A stretch of 64,000 bases of DNA from the human T2T-CHM13v2.0 reference genome, Homo sapiens. The translations under genes and the position numbers were made by a program. The stretch lies in assembly GCF_009914755.1 (NCBI RefSeq), contig NC_060930.1; one strand, written 5' to 3'. The notes under the pieces are model-generated. The model made no database searches and was not told the origin of the DNA. It saw nothing but the letters and a program-made list of their open reading frames with translations. Below are positions 51,151 through 63,530 of this stretch, piece after piece. Each line of letters begins with the position of its first letter. Position 1 is the stretch's first letter.

Positions 51151-53694
51151 TTTCTTTCCAACTTTTGTTTTAGGTTCAGGGATCCATGTGCAGGTTTGTT
51201 ACATGGGTGAATTACGGTCACTGGAGTTTGGTGTACAGATTATTTTGTCACCCAGTTAATAACCATAGTACCCAAAGGTGGTTTTTCGATCCTCACGCTC
51301 CACCCTCAAATAGGCCCTGGTGTCTATTGTTCCCCTCTTTGTGTCCATGTGTACTCACTATTTAGCTCCCACATCTAAGTGAGAACATGTGGTATTTAGT
51401 TTTCTTTTCCTGCATTAATTTGCCTAGGGTAATGGCCTCCAGCTGTATCCATGTTGCTGCAAAGGACATGATTTCATTATTTTTATGGTTGCATAGTATG
51501 CCATGGTGTATATGTACTGCATTTTCTTTATCCAGTCCACTGTTGATGGGCATTTAGGTTGATTCCGTGTCTTTGCTTTTGTGAACATTCCTGCAGTGAA
51601 CGTATGTGTGCATGTGTCTTCATGGTAGAACATGTTATGTTCCTTTGGGTATATACCCAGTAATGGGATTGCTGGGTCAAATGGTAGTTCTGTTTTAAGT
51701 TCTTTGAGAAATCTTCAAACTGCTTTCCACAATGGCTGAACTAATTTACATTCCCACCAGCAGTGTATAAGTGCTCTTTTTCCTCTGCAACCTCACCAGC
51801 ATCTGTTATTTTTTGCCTTTTTAAAAATAGCCATTCTGATTGGTGTGAGACAGTATCTTGTGGTTTTGATTTACTTTTCTATAATGTTTAGTGATGTTGA
51901 GCATTTTTCCATATGTTTGTTGGTTGCGTGTATGTCTTCTTTTGATAAGTGCCTGTTCATGTCCTTTGCCCATTTTTTAATGGTATTGTTTTTTGCTTGT
52001 TAATTTGTTTACATTCCTTATAGATCCAGGATGTTAGATCTTTGTTGGGTGCATGGCTTGCAAATATTTTCTCTCATTCTGTAGGTAGTCTGTTTACTCT
52101 CTTGATAATTTATTTTGTTGTGTAGAATTAGGTCCTGTTTGTCAATTTTTGTTTTTGTCACAATTGCTTTTGGAGTCTTTAAAATGAAATCTTTGTCATG
52201 GCCTATGTCCTGAATGTATTTCCTTTATCTTTTTCTAGGGTTTTTATAGTTTTAGGTTTTACATTTAAGTCTTTAATCCATCTTGAGTTGATTTTTGTAC
52301 ATAGTGTAAGGAAGGGGTCTAGTTTCAATCTTCTGCATATGGCTAGCCAATTATCCCAGCACCATTTTTTGAATAGAGTCCTTTCCCCATTGCTTGTTTT
52401 TGTCAGCTTTGTTAAAGATTAGATGGTTGTAAGTGTGCAGCTTTATTTTTGGGTTCTCTGACCTGTTCCATTGGTCTATGTGTCTGGTTTTTTTTGTTTG
52501 TTTGTTTTACAAATACCATGCTGTTTTGGTTATTGTAGTGTATAGTATAGTTTGAAGTTGGATAGTATAATGCCTCTGGCTTTGTTCTTTTTGCTTAGGA
52601 TTGCTTTGGCTATTCAGCCTCTTTTTTGGTTCTGCATAACTTTTAGAATAGTTTTTTTTTCTATTTCTTTGAAAAATGTTGTTGATAGTTTGATAGGAAT
52701 AGTGTAGAATCTGTAAATTGCTTTGGGCAATATGGCCATTTTAATAATATTGATTCTATTCTTGATCATGGAATGTTTTCCATTTGCTTCTATCATCTCT
52801 GATTTCTTTCAGCAGCATTTTATAATTCTTGCTGTAGAGATTTTTCACCTCCTTGGTTAGCTGTATTCCTAGGTTTTTTTTTTTCTTTTTTTCTTAATGG
52901 ATATTGTGAATGACATTGCATTCTCGATTTGACTTGGACATTGTTGATGTTGATGTATTGAAATGCTTCTGATTTTGTACATTGATTTTGTACCCTGAAA
53001 CTTTGCTGATTTATTAGATCAAGGAATCAATGAGCTTTTTGGCAGGGACTGTGGCGTTTCCTAGGTATAAAATCATATCATCTGTGAAGAGAGATAGTTT
53101 GATTGCCTCTCTTCCTATTTGGATGCCTTCTGTTTCTTTCTCTTGCCTGATTGCTCTGGCTACGACTTCCAGTACCATGTTGAAGAGGAGTGGTGAGAGT
53201 GGGCATCCTTGTCTTGTTCTGATTCTTAAGAGGAATGCTTCCAGCCTTTGCCCATTCAGTATGATGTTGGCTGTGGTTTGTCATATATGGCTCTTATTAT
53301 TTTGAGGTATGTTCCTTCAATGCCTAGTTTGCTGAGGGTTTTTAACATGAAGAGATATTGTATTTTACCAAAAGACTTCCCTGCATCTATTGAGATGATC
53401 ATGTGGTTTTAAATTCTATTTATGTGATAAATCACATTGATTGGTTTGCATATGTTGAAGCAACCATGCCTCCCAGGAATACCTACTTGATTGTGGTGGA
53501 TTAGCATTTTGATGTGGTGCTGGATTTAGTATGCGAGCATTTTGTTGAGAATTTCTGCATCCATGTTAATCAGGGATATTGACCTGAAGTTTCTTTTTTT
53601 TGTTGTGTTTCTACCAGGTTTTAGTATCAGAATGACACTGGCCTCATTGAATGTGTTAGGGAGGAGGATTCCCTCCTCCTCAATTTTTTAGAAT
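51151..53694 (-). mobile_element. 5'-truncated L1PA15/16-like element inserted into a MIR
   Basis: Antisense L1PA 3' UTR (catgtgcaggtttgttacatgggt...ctcccacatctaagtgagaacatg). The ORF2 remnant [24 protein letters not shown] is at 52614-52796(-). TSD ctactgttg(ca/tg)tttt at 51136-51150 and 53695-53709. MIR halves lie at about 51055-51130 and 53745-53830. Confidence 0.92.
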
Positions 53695-54029
53695 CTACTG
53701 TTGTGTTTTGAACTGTCAGGGATTCGTTCTAATAAATTTCTTATTACCAAGTAATTCAGTTATAAAGCTGGGATTTGAACCAAGGTTTTAGGGTTCCAAA
53801 GACTACAGTCTCACTAACTGTGCTATATAATTTTCTTGTACCAAGACTATTTGCTATAAGTAAAATAAACTTCTTATACTCCTTGAAGTACCCACTTAAC
53901 ACATAGAGTCATACAGCCATCAGGATAATCAAATCTCTCCTGCCACTTTGAAAACAATCCCTATATTCCTACTCTAAGTACCTGGAAGCCATTGCTCTGT
54001 CTTCCGTTCCCACCTACATTTTAAAAATG

Positions 54030-55195
54030 TATTTTTATTTTAAAATTATATTTACTTGTGTAAACTTAAGGGGTACAAGTGGAATTTTGTTATGTGCATT
54101 TATTGCATGGTGAAGTCTTGGCTTTTAGGGTAGCCATCATCTGAATAATTTACATTCTACCCACTAAGTTATTTTTCATCACCCACTCTCCTTCTGCACC
54201 CCGCTTTCTAGTCTCTAATGTCTATCTTTTTTTTTTTTTTTCATCTTCCCCTTACAAGCGGGAACATGCGGTATCTGACTTTCTGTTTTGGAGTTGTTTC
54301 ACTTAAGATAATGGCCTCTCCGTCCATCCATGTTGCTCCAATACATGATTTTATTCTTGTTTTATGGCTGAATAGTATTCAATTATGTATATATACCATA
54401 TTTTCTTTGTCCAGTGTTGATGAACACATAGGTTGATCCCATATCGTTGCTATTGGGAATAGTGCTGTGATAAATATAAGAGTGCAGGTATCTTTTTGAC
54501 ACAATTTCTTTTCCTCTGGGCAGACACATGGTAGTGGGATTGCTGACCTGAGTGGTAGTTCTATCTTTAGTTCTTTGAGAAATCTCCATACTGTTTTCCA
54601 CAGAGGTTTTACTAGTGTATAAGAGTTCCCTTTTCTTCCCATCTTCGCCAACATCTGTTGTTTTTTGACTTTTTACTAATAGCCATTCTGACTAATGTAA
54701 GATAATATCATTGTGGTTTTAATTTGCATTTCTCTGATGATTAGTGATTTGGGGCATTTTTTTTCATATGCGGGTTTACCATTTGTATGTCTTCTTTTAA
54801 AAAATATCTATTCATGTCCTTTGCCCACTTGTTAATGGGGTTGTTTTTGTTGTTGTTGAGTTGTTTGCATTCCTTGTAAATTCCGGATATTAGTTTTCTG
54901 TCAGATGCATAGTTTGTGAATATTTTCTCTCATTCTGCAGGTTGTCTGTTTGCTCTGTTGATTATTTCCTTTGCTGTGCAGAAACCTTTTTATTTCATTA
55001 CGTCTCAGTTTTTTATTTTTGTTTTTTGTGGCTTGTGTTTTTGAGGTCTTAGTCATGAATTATTTTCTTAGACCAGTGTCCAGAAGAGTTTTCTCTAGGT
55101 TTTCTTCTGGTATTTTTACAGTTTCAAGTATTACATTTAAGTTTTTAATTCATCCTGAGTTTATTGTTGTATATGGTGAGAGATATGGGCCTACC
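54030..55195 (-). mobile_element. 5'-truncated L1PB-like element
   Basis: aaggggtacaagtggaattttgttatgtgc...ggtgaagtcttggcttttagggtagccatca; ORF2 C-terminal remnant PLWKTVWRFLKELKIELP at 54379-54654(-). Confidence 0.88.
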
Positions 55196-55615
55196 TACAT
55201 TTTTTAATGTAAGGTTTACCAATCTGTGGCTGGCTTGGCCAGGGTAAAAATATGCATTGGTCAGATTAACAAAAATATCTGGTTGAATTGACAGTTGTAC
55301 ATCTCATTGTAAATTAATAGATTGACATTCTGATTAGAATTTCTTTCCGTGTTGTTTGCTTAGTAGGAGAGAATTAATTGACAGGTGTGTGTCTGCTTAA
55401 AAATACTCTTTTGTATAAAATAATAAAATGGCATATGCATATGTTTTTATATTTGTAGGAGGGATGAATATGATCATGGATATAAAAGTATAACTAAATA
55501 TTAGACTACAATGCCTTCTTTAATTATGATTCAAATTTATATTGATAAAAATACTTATTGGTGACCAAAATCAGAAGCAAATATCCAAAATCGGATTGAG
55601 TTTCAGATTGGGTTT

Positions 55616-55967
55616 TGATATGGTTAGGCTTCGTGTCCCTATCCAAATCTCATCTTGAATTGTAATCCCCATAATCCCCGCGTATCAAGGGACAGACCAA
55701 GTGGAAGTAATTGAAGCATACTGATAGTGAGTGAGTTCTCACGAGATCTGATGGTTTTATAAGGGGCTCTTCCACCTTCACTTGGCACTTCTCCTTCCTG
55801 CCACCTTGTGAAGAAGATACCTGCTTCCCCTTTGCCTTCCATCATGATTGTAAATTTCCTGAGACCTCCCCAGCCATGCTGAACTGTGAGTCAATTAAAC
55901 CTCTTTCCTTTATAAATTACTTAGGCTTGGGTAGCTCTTTATAGCAGTGTAAAAACGGACTAATACA
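55616..55967 (+). mobile_element. THE1 (D-like) solo LTR, MaLR
   Basis: tgatatggttaggcttcgtgtccctatccaaatctcatcttgaattgtaatccc...aactgtgagtcaattaaacctc...ggactaataca; 5-bp TSD ggttt at 55611-55615 and 55968-55972. Confidence 0.92.
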
Positions 55968-56370
55968 GGTTTGTTTCAGTAAATGTTTTGAACACAAGTT
56001 GTTCAACCAATGACTGTTTATTGAACATCTTCATCAGGCTAGAAACTGGTTGAAGAGGTGGGGCATTGGATGGAGTGAAAAACATTCTTAGCTGAGAAAA
56101 ACAGCAAGTGCGATGTGTCCGAAGTGAGAGGAACGTGGCATATGGAGTCATGAAGGAAGGCAGGGATAGCCAAAGAGAAATAAGGAAACCAATGGGTATG
56201 AGAGCAGAGTGGAGCATAGGCAGGGCTTGGATCTATTACTGGTTTCTGTGACATGTGTTATGAAGAGTATCATTTCACTGACTGGCTCTGCCCAAATATG
56301 TTTGACCATATTTACATCCCATCTCTCTCACTCTGGACTGCTGAAGAAGCTTACACTATCAACGTACTCC

Positions 56371-56457
56371 TTTTTTTTTTTTTTTTTTTTTTTGAGACGG
56401 AGTTTTGTTCTTGTCGCCCAGGCTGGAATGCAATGGTGCGATCTCAGCTCACTGCAA
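56371..56457 (-). mobile_element. Heavily 5'-truncated Alu (Sp/Sq-like)
   Basis: T23 followed by gagacggagttttgttcttgtcgcccaggctgg...gctcactgcaa; degenerate TSD atc(a/g)a(c/t)gtact(c/t)ct at 56358-56371 and 56457-56470. Confidence 0.88.
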
Positions 56458-56479
56458 TCGATGTACTTCTCTCATGTGT

Positions 56480-58665
56480 ACTCAACTATTCCCTCTCAAA
56501 TGAATCCTTTCCATTGACTTTCAGACTTGAATACAGCTCTCCCATCTCACCTGTAAACAAACAGCTCCTCCCTGACTCCTTTAGCTCCCTGCAGGTATTG
56601 CTTTCTTTCCTACTCTTTATAGCGAGATGTGCTGAAAGCACTTCCCTGTCTTCACTTTCTTGCCTTCCATGCACCCTTCTCTAATTTAGCTTCCAGCTTC
56701 ATCAAAACAACTTTTACTTGCAATGACTGACTGTTGTCCATCCCATAGTCCTCTTCTTAGTAAACTTAACAGCATTAAATAAAAACTGTCTTCTTCTGGA
56801 GCACCAACTTCCCTTGGCTTCCAGGATAGCCCAGCCTCCTCCTCCTTCAGGTCTGGTGATATACTCTCAGTCTTGTCTGCCAGGAATCAGTTACTAATAC
56901 TGGCAACGTCAAAATCCCTCTTCTTTTTTACCCCCTACCGTCTCCAAAGTTGGTTTCAACGCCCTTCCTTGGCTTGCTATGAGAATGACATAGGCTAGTT
57001 ATAGGATCTGCTCATTTAATAATTGTGAGGATATAATGAGTTCATATATGGAAAGTACTTAAAGTAATGCCAGGCAAATGATAGTTGCCCCTTGAGTCGA
57101 TAGCTGTAGTTACAATTTGTGGATGAAACCTGAATGACATCAGTCCATACCTATGTATTCAGTGGCCTATAACTATCTCCATATTCAACTCTAAAGGCAC
57201 ATCAAACTCAGTGTATCCAAGACCAAATGTATGTCATTCTTGTGCTTCATCCTGACAAAAATAAACCTGGTCTCTCCTAGTGTGTCCTGCTTCAATGAGT
57301 GGTCCAACCATTCTGTCATTTGCACAAGCCAGCAAAGTAATTTGGCCCACTAAATTTCTATGAAAAGCTTCCATTTCTCAACATTCCCTCTGCCAGCACA
57401 ATAGCCAGAGATACCATCATCTCTCTTCTGAGTTCTATAAAAAGAGATTGCCTTGTTTTCATTCTGTCGACTCATCACCCCCTATAAGTTCTCCCCCCAA
57501 CCCCCATTGCCAGAATGCTTATTTCAGAAGACCACCCTGAGCCCCCCTTTGCTTCCAGCCTTTCCATGGCTTCCCGTGACTCTCAGGATAATGACCAAAA
57601 TCCTTCACATGGTTTGCCAAGCCCAGCCTCTGAGGACTGTCCCACACATCTCCCATCCCACCTCCTGCTGTTCTCTCCACTCCAGCTGTGCATGTCACTT
57701 TCAGCTGCTCACACACACTTTACTCTCCCTGACCAGAGGATTTGTACATGCAATTCATCATGCTGGAAAGCTCTCTCCACCTTTATAAGCAATGTCTTAT
57801 GCATCCATTATCACAGCTCAAACCTCTCTTTTTCGGGGAAGACTTTCTTGACCTCCTAGTCTACTTCAGGTTACTATGTTATAAACTCCCACAAACTATA
57901 TTCTTCTTCTTTAGAATATGTACCTCATTTTTTAATTGTAGTATTGTGTTGGGGATCCCCAAGATAATTCTCAGGCTCAGTGATTTGCTGGAAAGACTCA
58001 CAGGACCCAAAAAAGCTGTTATACTCATGGTTAAAGTTTATTACATTGAAAGGATACAGAAAAAACTCAGCGAAGTGAAAAGGTGGATAGCGTGGAGTAG
58101 AGGAGAAATTAAGCACCAGCTTCCAGTTGTCCTCTCCCAGTGCCATTACATGGAGTACACTTAATTTTCTCAGCAACAACGTGTGACAACATATGTAAAG
58201 TGTTGCCAACCAACGAAACTCACTTGAGGCATGTGTCCAGGGTTTTTACTGGAGGTCAGTCATGTAGGCATGCAGCACCTTAGCTACCAGTCTTCAGGCC
58301 TCAGATCAAATTGGTACAGCATGATCCAAAGCCTCAGGCATACAAAAACAGGTGTTTGCCATAAATCACACTGTTGGCATAAACTCCTATCTCAGCCAAG
58401 GGCTCAGAAGTAATCTTCCCAGGAGCCAGGCCAAGACCAGTCTTGAGACTCTGGGAATACGCAAGGTTTGAGCAGCCCAGGCCTGTTGACGTAACCCTTT
58501 CCTGCACAAGTGTCAATAGTGCCATTCTTTGATTAATGTCTCTCTTCCTGCAGACTACATGAAAGCAAAATTTGTAACTGTGTAGGTAATATACCTAATC
58601 TTCAGCACAGCTGCTGATAATTGGAGGTACTCTGTAAATTTTTGTTGAATAAATGAATGAATAAA
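56480..58665 (+). mobile_element. Long degraded L2 interrupted by a MIR (about 56990-57100) and MER21
   Basis: cttcccttggcttccaggata, catcaaactcagtgtatccaagacca, ttccatggcttcccgtgactctcaggataatgaccaaaatccttcacatgg, and a terminal ttgttgaataaatgaatgaat. Confidence 0.75.
57945..58508 (-). mobile_element. MER21-family LTR
   Basis: tgtgttggggatccccaagataattctcaggctcagtgatttgctggaaagactcacaggacc...caggcctgttgacgtaaccctttcctgcaca. Confidence 0.85.
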
Positions 58666-58907
58666 ATCTTCTGATTGTCTTTATCTCCTTCTAGTCTATA
58701 CTGTGTTCTATACCTTTCTGCCCTATAGCTTTCAGACACTTCTTTATAATGGAGTCTTGTCATGCATTTTATACGTAAAGTTACTTTTGTGTTAATGAGT
58801 AATATGTAGTAAGTACTTAAAATATTTATTTTATTACTCTAATTCCCAATTATATCCCTATACCTCCAGGCATTATTCTGTCTACATATTAAACTTTAAA
58901 CTGGCAA

Positions 58908-59085
58908 ATGTTTTTCACAATTATACTTGAAATATATGTATAATTATGAAAAACATTTATATATCAGATTATATGATACCACATAATCTGATTATATATC
59001 ACATATATCAGATTATGTGATATCATATAATCTGATATGTTTTTCACGATTATATATATAATATCAGTGTATCAGATTATGTGAT
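58908..59085. repeat. Nested inverted and direct repeat cluster (quasi-palindrome)
   Basis: 30-bp units at 58963-58992 and 59007-59036 are 29/30 reverse complements and each is itself a hairpin. An 18-bp module occurs at 58908 (fwd), 58939 (rev) and 59037 (fwd). Confidence 0.88.
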
Positions 59086-59449
59086 GCCTACTTATAAGCA
59101 CCAAAGTTATTTCTAAGAGAATGAGTTAATGATCCAACATCTGCCTTAAGAATTCTAGTAAACAAATTATGCTTAACTTTGAAGCTACTGACTATATATA
59201 TTGAATTTTATCCTGGATATATTAGAAATATAGGAAGAAAGTTTCCTGGAATGAGGAGGTATATCCCCATTTTCTCTGTGAGATGGAAGAGCAAATATGT
59301 CCTGATGATCCGTAGTTTCTTAACCTTCAAAGTCCACATGACGTCACAGTGCTTTGCTCCATCCAGAATCTCTGTTTAGCCAAGGTCAAGAGGTGTCAGG
59401 CCCATTTTAGCAACGAATTTGAATGCATCTCCATTAAAAATTTCTTTAT

Positions 59450-60225
59450 TGTGTTAGTATTGGATTATAACCCAAAGTATAAAAGAAATACCCATGAGTC
59501 CATACTGATATAAAAAAAGATCAAATAAATAAATAACTGGGAGAGTGAGATGATTTTCCTATGCAGAAGAATGCCAAACAAATTATGTAGATTTTCTGCT
59601 TACAAATGGGTGGAGCATAACTTCCCACTCCTTAAATTTGGGATGCATATAGTGACTTTCTTCCAAAGAGTACAGTACAGAAAAGTGGGTGATGAGAAGA
59701 GTAACTTTACAGTGAAGAAACATGACAAACACTACCACAGCCAGGCAATCAAAGTTCACATCAATAGTATAAGGCATGCTGATGGTATGTACCTTTAATA
59801 TAATTTGGTGAGAATGGTACTTCACCTCTGTGGTCTTCCTCCCCAAAACCCATAACCCCAGTCAAACCCTAAGAAAAACATCAGCCAAACTCAAATTTAG
59901 GGCATTCTGCAAAAATAACTGACTGACTAGTACTCCCTCAAACTGTCAGGGTCACCAAAAACAAGGAAAGTCTAAGAAACTCACAGCCAAGAGGTACCTA
60001 AAATGACAAATAAATTCAATGTGGTGGCCCGGATGGGATCCTGGAACAAAGAAAAAGAATGTTAGCTAAAAACTAAGGAAATCTAAATAAATGTATAGGC
60101 TTTAGTTAATAATACTCTATTGAATATTCATTAGTTGTGACAAATATGAGAGGTTAGTAATAGGAAAAAAATGGGAACTCTGTGTATCTTTGAAATTTTT
60201 CTGTATATCTGAACTATTCTAAAAT
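59450..60225 (+). mobile_element. L1MC3-like 3' UTR
   Basis: ggattataacccaaagtataaaa...ccatgagtccatactgatata...gtggagcataacttcccactcctt...ttcacctctgtggtcttcctccccaaaacccataacccc. Confidence 0.82.
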
Positions 60226-61369
60226 TTTAGTACCACTAAAGGTTTTTATTACATAATAGTGTTTTAATTTAATCTCCATGCTATTTAATGAAATTTACCA
60301 GTTGTATTTGTGTTTGATTAGACATTATCTCAAGTTGATTGGAATTACTCATATTTCTTAATGCCATTGTTGCAGCTGTAATAAGGTTGACTTTTCTACA
60401 ATAGACACAGAAATCATTACATCACCATTTAATTTTTGAAAAATAATCCGATCCCCTGTGATTATAAACTTGAGATTCTTTAAGAAAGTAGAAAGGTTGT
60501 AAGATATTATGAGTCATAGGATATTTCCAGTTTTGAAGTAATAAGACAAAAATCATTAACTAAACAAATTGGCATTAAAAAAAAACAGTATTTTTGAGAG
60601 GACCAGTCCAGACAATGTGTCTGTAAGATAGACTTTACAAACTTAGTTTGATTAATTTTTGTTTTTCCGAGGATATGATTCTTTTCTATAATTACTGTTC
60701 TGTTTTTTTCTGACAGGCTATCAAATATTGGCTGCCTTAAGCTCTCTGTGAACTGAGTTATTCTCAATAATACTCTGTATTATGAAGGCATTATTTGAGT
60801 GGCTGTCCACTGTGATCTGGTTATTTGGAGCTTTACATAAAACAGGTGGTTCTTGCATCTCATTGACATTTCTTATTATCCAGAATTCACCATCCTTTTT
60901 CTATGGCTCATCATATGCAGGCCATCACAGACAGGGCCCTATCCTATGGTTTGCCCGAGTTTATTTGGTTTTTCATTTACATTGTGGTCTTTTCTCTTAG
61001 ATACTCCAAGTTTGCATGTTTTTGGACTTTATCAAGGCTCTTGCTATATGGTTATGTGTTTATTTACACTGGGAATAATTCCCAAAAGGCTTTGCAATAG
61101 CTAATTGTATTTGTTTGGCTCTGTGAGATGACCCAGGCACCTCCGATTCCAATCAGAGGGGCCACTTACTTTGAGTGGACATGAGGCTGATGCCCAGAAC
61201 CAAAGAGGAAGCAGCCTCTGATCCATGATCCTATAGTCACAGTGCTGCTCAATCGTGCCGTTTCTGCTGACCCAAATGCCTGGAGTTGACCCTGTTTGTC
61301 TCTCCAAACCTCTTTACTGGTTTTCCTTGACTTAGATGATGCTTTGAACTTGATCTGTTGTACTATGAC

Positions 61370-61590
61370 TGTAATTCCAAGAGCACAGGCTTTCCCGTCA
61401 TGTAGAGCAATATCCAAATCCTGCCTCAATCGTTTGTTACCTTTTGATCTTGAGGATGTTACTTCATCTCTGTGGGTTTCAGTTTCTTCATCTGTCAAAG
61501 GAGAATAACAGCACACTGGCAGAGTTGTTATAACAATTAGATAAAATGTTTCTAAAACTCCTTTAGAAAGCCTGGTTCTGTATCATGGAC
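61370..61590 (+). mobile_element. MIR
   Basis: aagagcacaggcttt...ttacttcatctctgtgggtttcagtttcttcatctgtcaaaggagaataacagcac. Confidence 0.75.
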
Positions 61591-61699
61591 ACTAACTATG
61601 AGGCCTGAGCAGATTCAAGAGAGGGATCTGCCTTTGATATGGTTTTGGGTGTTAGGGGTCAGGTGGGAGAAGAGAAAAAGAAGGAAGAGATACAAGGCA

Positions 61700-61905
61700 G
61701 AGTAATGGACTCTGGGGCAAGAATTGTGGAGCCTCACTACCTGAATATGCAGCCTGGCTCTCCCATGTGTTAGCTGTGTGGCCTTCGTGGTTATTGAACT
61801 TCTCTGTTGCTGCACTTTTCTCATCTATAAAATGGAGATTGAAATAGTGCCTAACTCAGTAAATGCGAAGTGCTCAGAGCAGTACCTAACATGTAGTACT
61901 AATTG
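61700..61905 (+). mobile_element. MIR
   Basis: tagctgtgtggccttcgtggttattgaacttctctg...ttttctcatctataaaatggagattgaaatagtgccta...agtgctcagagcagtacct. Confidence 0.75.
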
Positions 61906-63444
61906 TCCAGTATTAGTAGATTTACTCTTTTCCCAGGGTTTTACACTTTACATTTAACTACACCTGATAATCCGCTTACTGATCAATACGTCTTTTTGCA
62001 GCCTCAGTAACCTAAAAGTATTAAGATCATTTTGGCCTTTTTAGTATACTCGTATAAACAAAAGTTTCTCCTTTCAAAGAAGTCATATGAAGAGGTGCTA
62101 CATTTATGTCACTACATCAACATATTTGAATAATTATTTTTAAATTTTCCTTAGATTCTGAAAAAAGAGATTCTTTTCAGTATCCTCAGTAATAACAAAT
62201 CTTTGTCCTTGAATACAGAGTATCAAAAATTAAGCCAACTCTATTAAGATAAGTTATCTATGCAGATACTATCTTCTATATGTATAATTTTGCATACTTG
62301 TACAGTTAGATATACTTTATAACTTTATAATCTCAATAAAACATACACATATCTATTTATATATAAACTGTGAGTGAGTGAGTGTGTGTGTGTTTGTGTG
62401 TTTTGGGAAAGGGAGTATCAGGAACCAGTGTTTAATGTAAGCTGAACTATTTTCATGAACATAAATTCAATCATTGAGTCACAGCTCATATGAAAAAAAT
62501 CACATGTGATTTATTGCATGTTTCAGAGCTTTTAAAATAAAGCCTAATTAGATTTTTGACCTTATGGGATGAATTCTACATAAAGCATGCATTGAGTCTA
62601 ATGGAGTAAAAAATGAACATCTTTTCTTTCCAGTTCTGCCGTCCTTTTCCTCCCTTCCATATACCTACATCCTATAGACACCATAATACTATAGCACTGA
62701 TCTTGGAGGAACCTGCAGAAAAGGCCATCAAATGCAGTGGGGGCGGAGGGGGTGCTGTACTTCAATAAGACACTCAATCTAACCTTGGGCATAAGCGTGC
62801 CTCCTCTTTGCCTGAGAAAGCTTTACTGCTTTAGCAGCCAGTGATATATCTGTATGCATTTGGCATCCTGAACGTGGCCACTTTAATTATTTTAAGGTTT
62901 CCTCTAAAAGTCTGCCTTGCTACTTGAATGGAGATGTGGTCATTTGTGCTAATTGCATTTTAGAATCTCTATTTTATTGGTTACAATAAGCTAATGTTTA
63001 CAACTTTTGTTCATATCAAATGCCATTGGGCACTTAATTATGTAACAATTTGCTACCTAGGTATATTTTGCAAACATCAAAAGGCACCAGTCCATCTCCA
63101 CATCACTATGTCTGTACTATGTGTGCATCATATAGCTGTGGCTTTTTTTTTCAGGCTCATTGAAGTGCTGCATTCCCACTGCTACTGAAGCCCAGGGTCT
63201 TGGCTTGAGAGCCCTCTGCCTGATGCCCAGAAAGGGATTTGAGACTGAGACAATATTGTTGCACTAGGGTCTTTGCCATGAAGCTTTTAAGAATGAGAGA
63301 AACTAAGATACAATATGACTTGTGGATCTCCAGGATCATACGCTGCTTGGATAGCTTACTTGTTGAAAGCAGGGGATCTTCAAAAGCCAAAAAACATGCC
63401 TCCTTTCTGACATATGGGCAGAGAGCCTAGACACTCAGAGACCT

Positions 63445-63530
63445 CTTCTATTTTACAGAAGATGGCGCTGAGGTCAGGATGGTGAAGGAACATGCACAGA
63501 GAAAGGCTGGGCCAAAACTGGGCCCAGATT
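63445..63530 (-). mobile_element. MIR remnant
   Basis: attttacagaagatggcgctgaggtcagg. Confidence 0.45.

Noticed and set aside
51362-55207. ORFs with L1 ORF2 similarity
   Set aside because: They are short frameshifted remnants of truncated L1PA/L1PB copies and cannot encode a functional reverse transcriptase.
58908-59085. CRISPR-like or pre-miRNA interpretation of the repeated palindromic units
   Set aside because: There are no unique equal-length spacers or cas genes, the context is eukaryotic, and the very AU-rich stems have no support as a miRNA.
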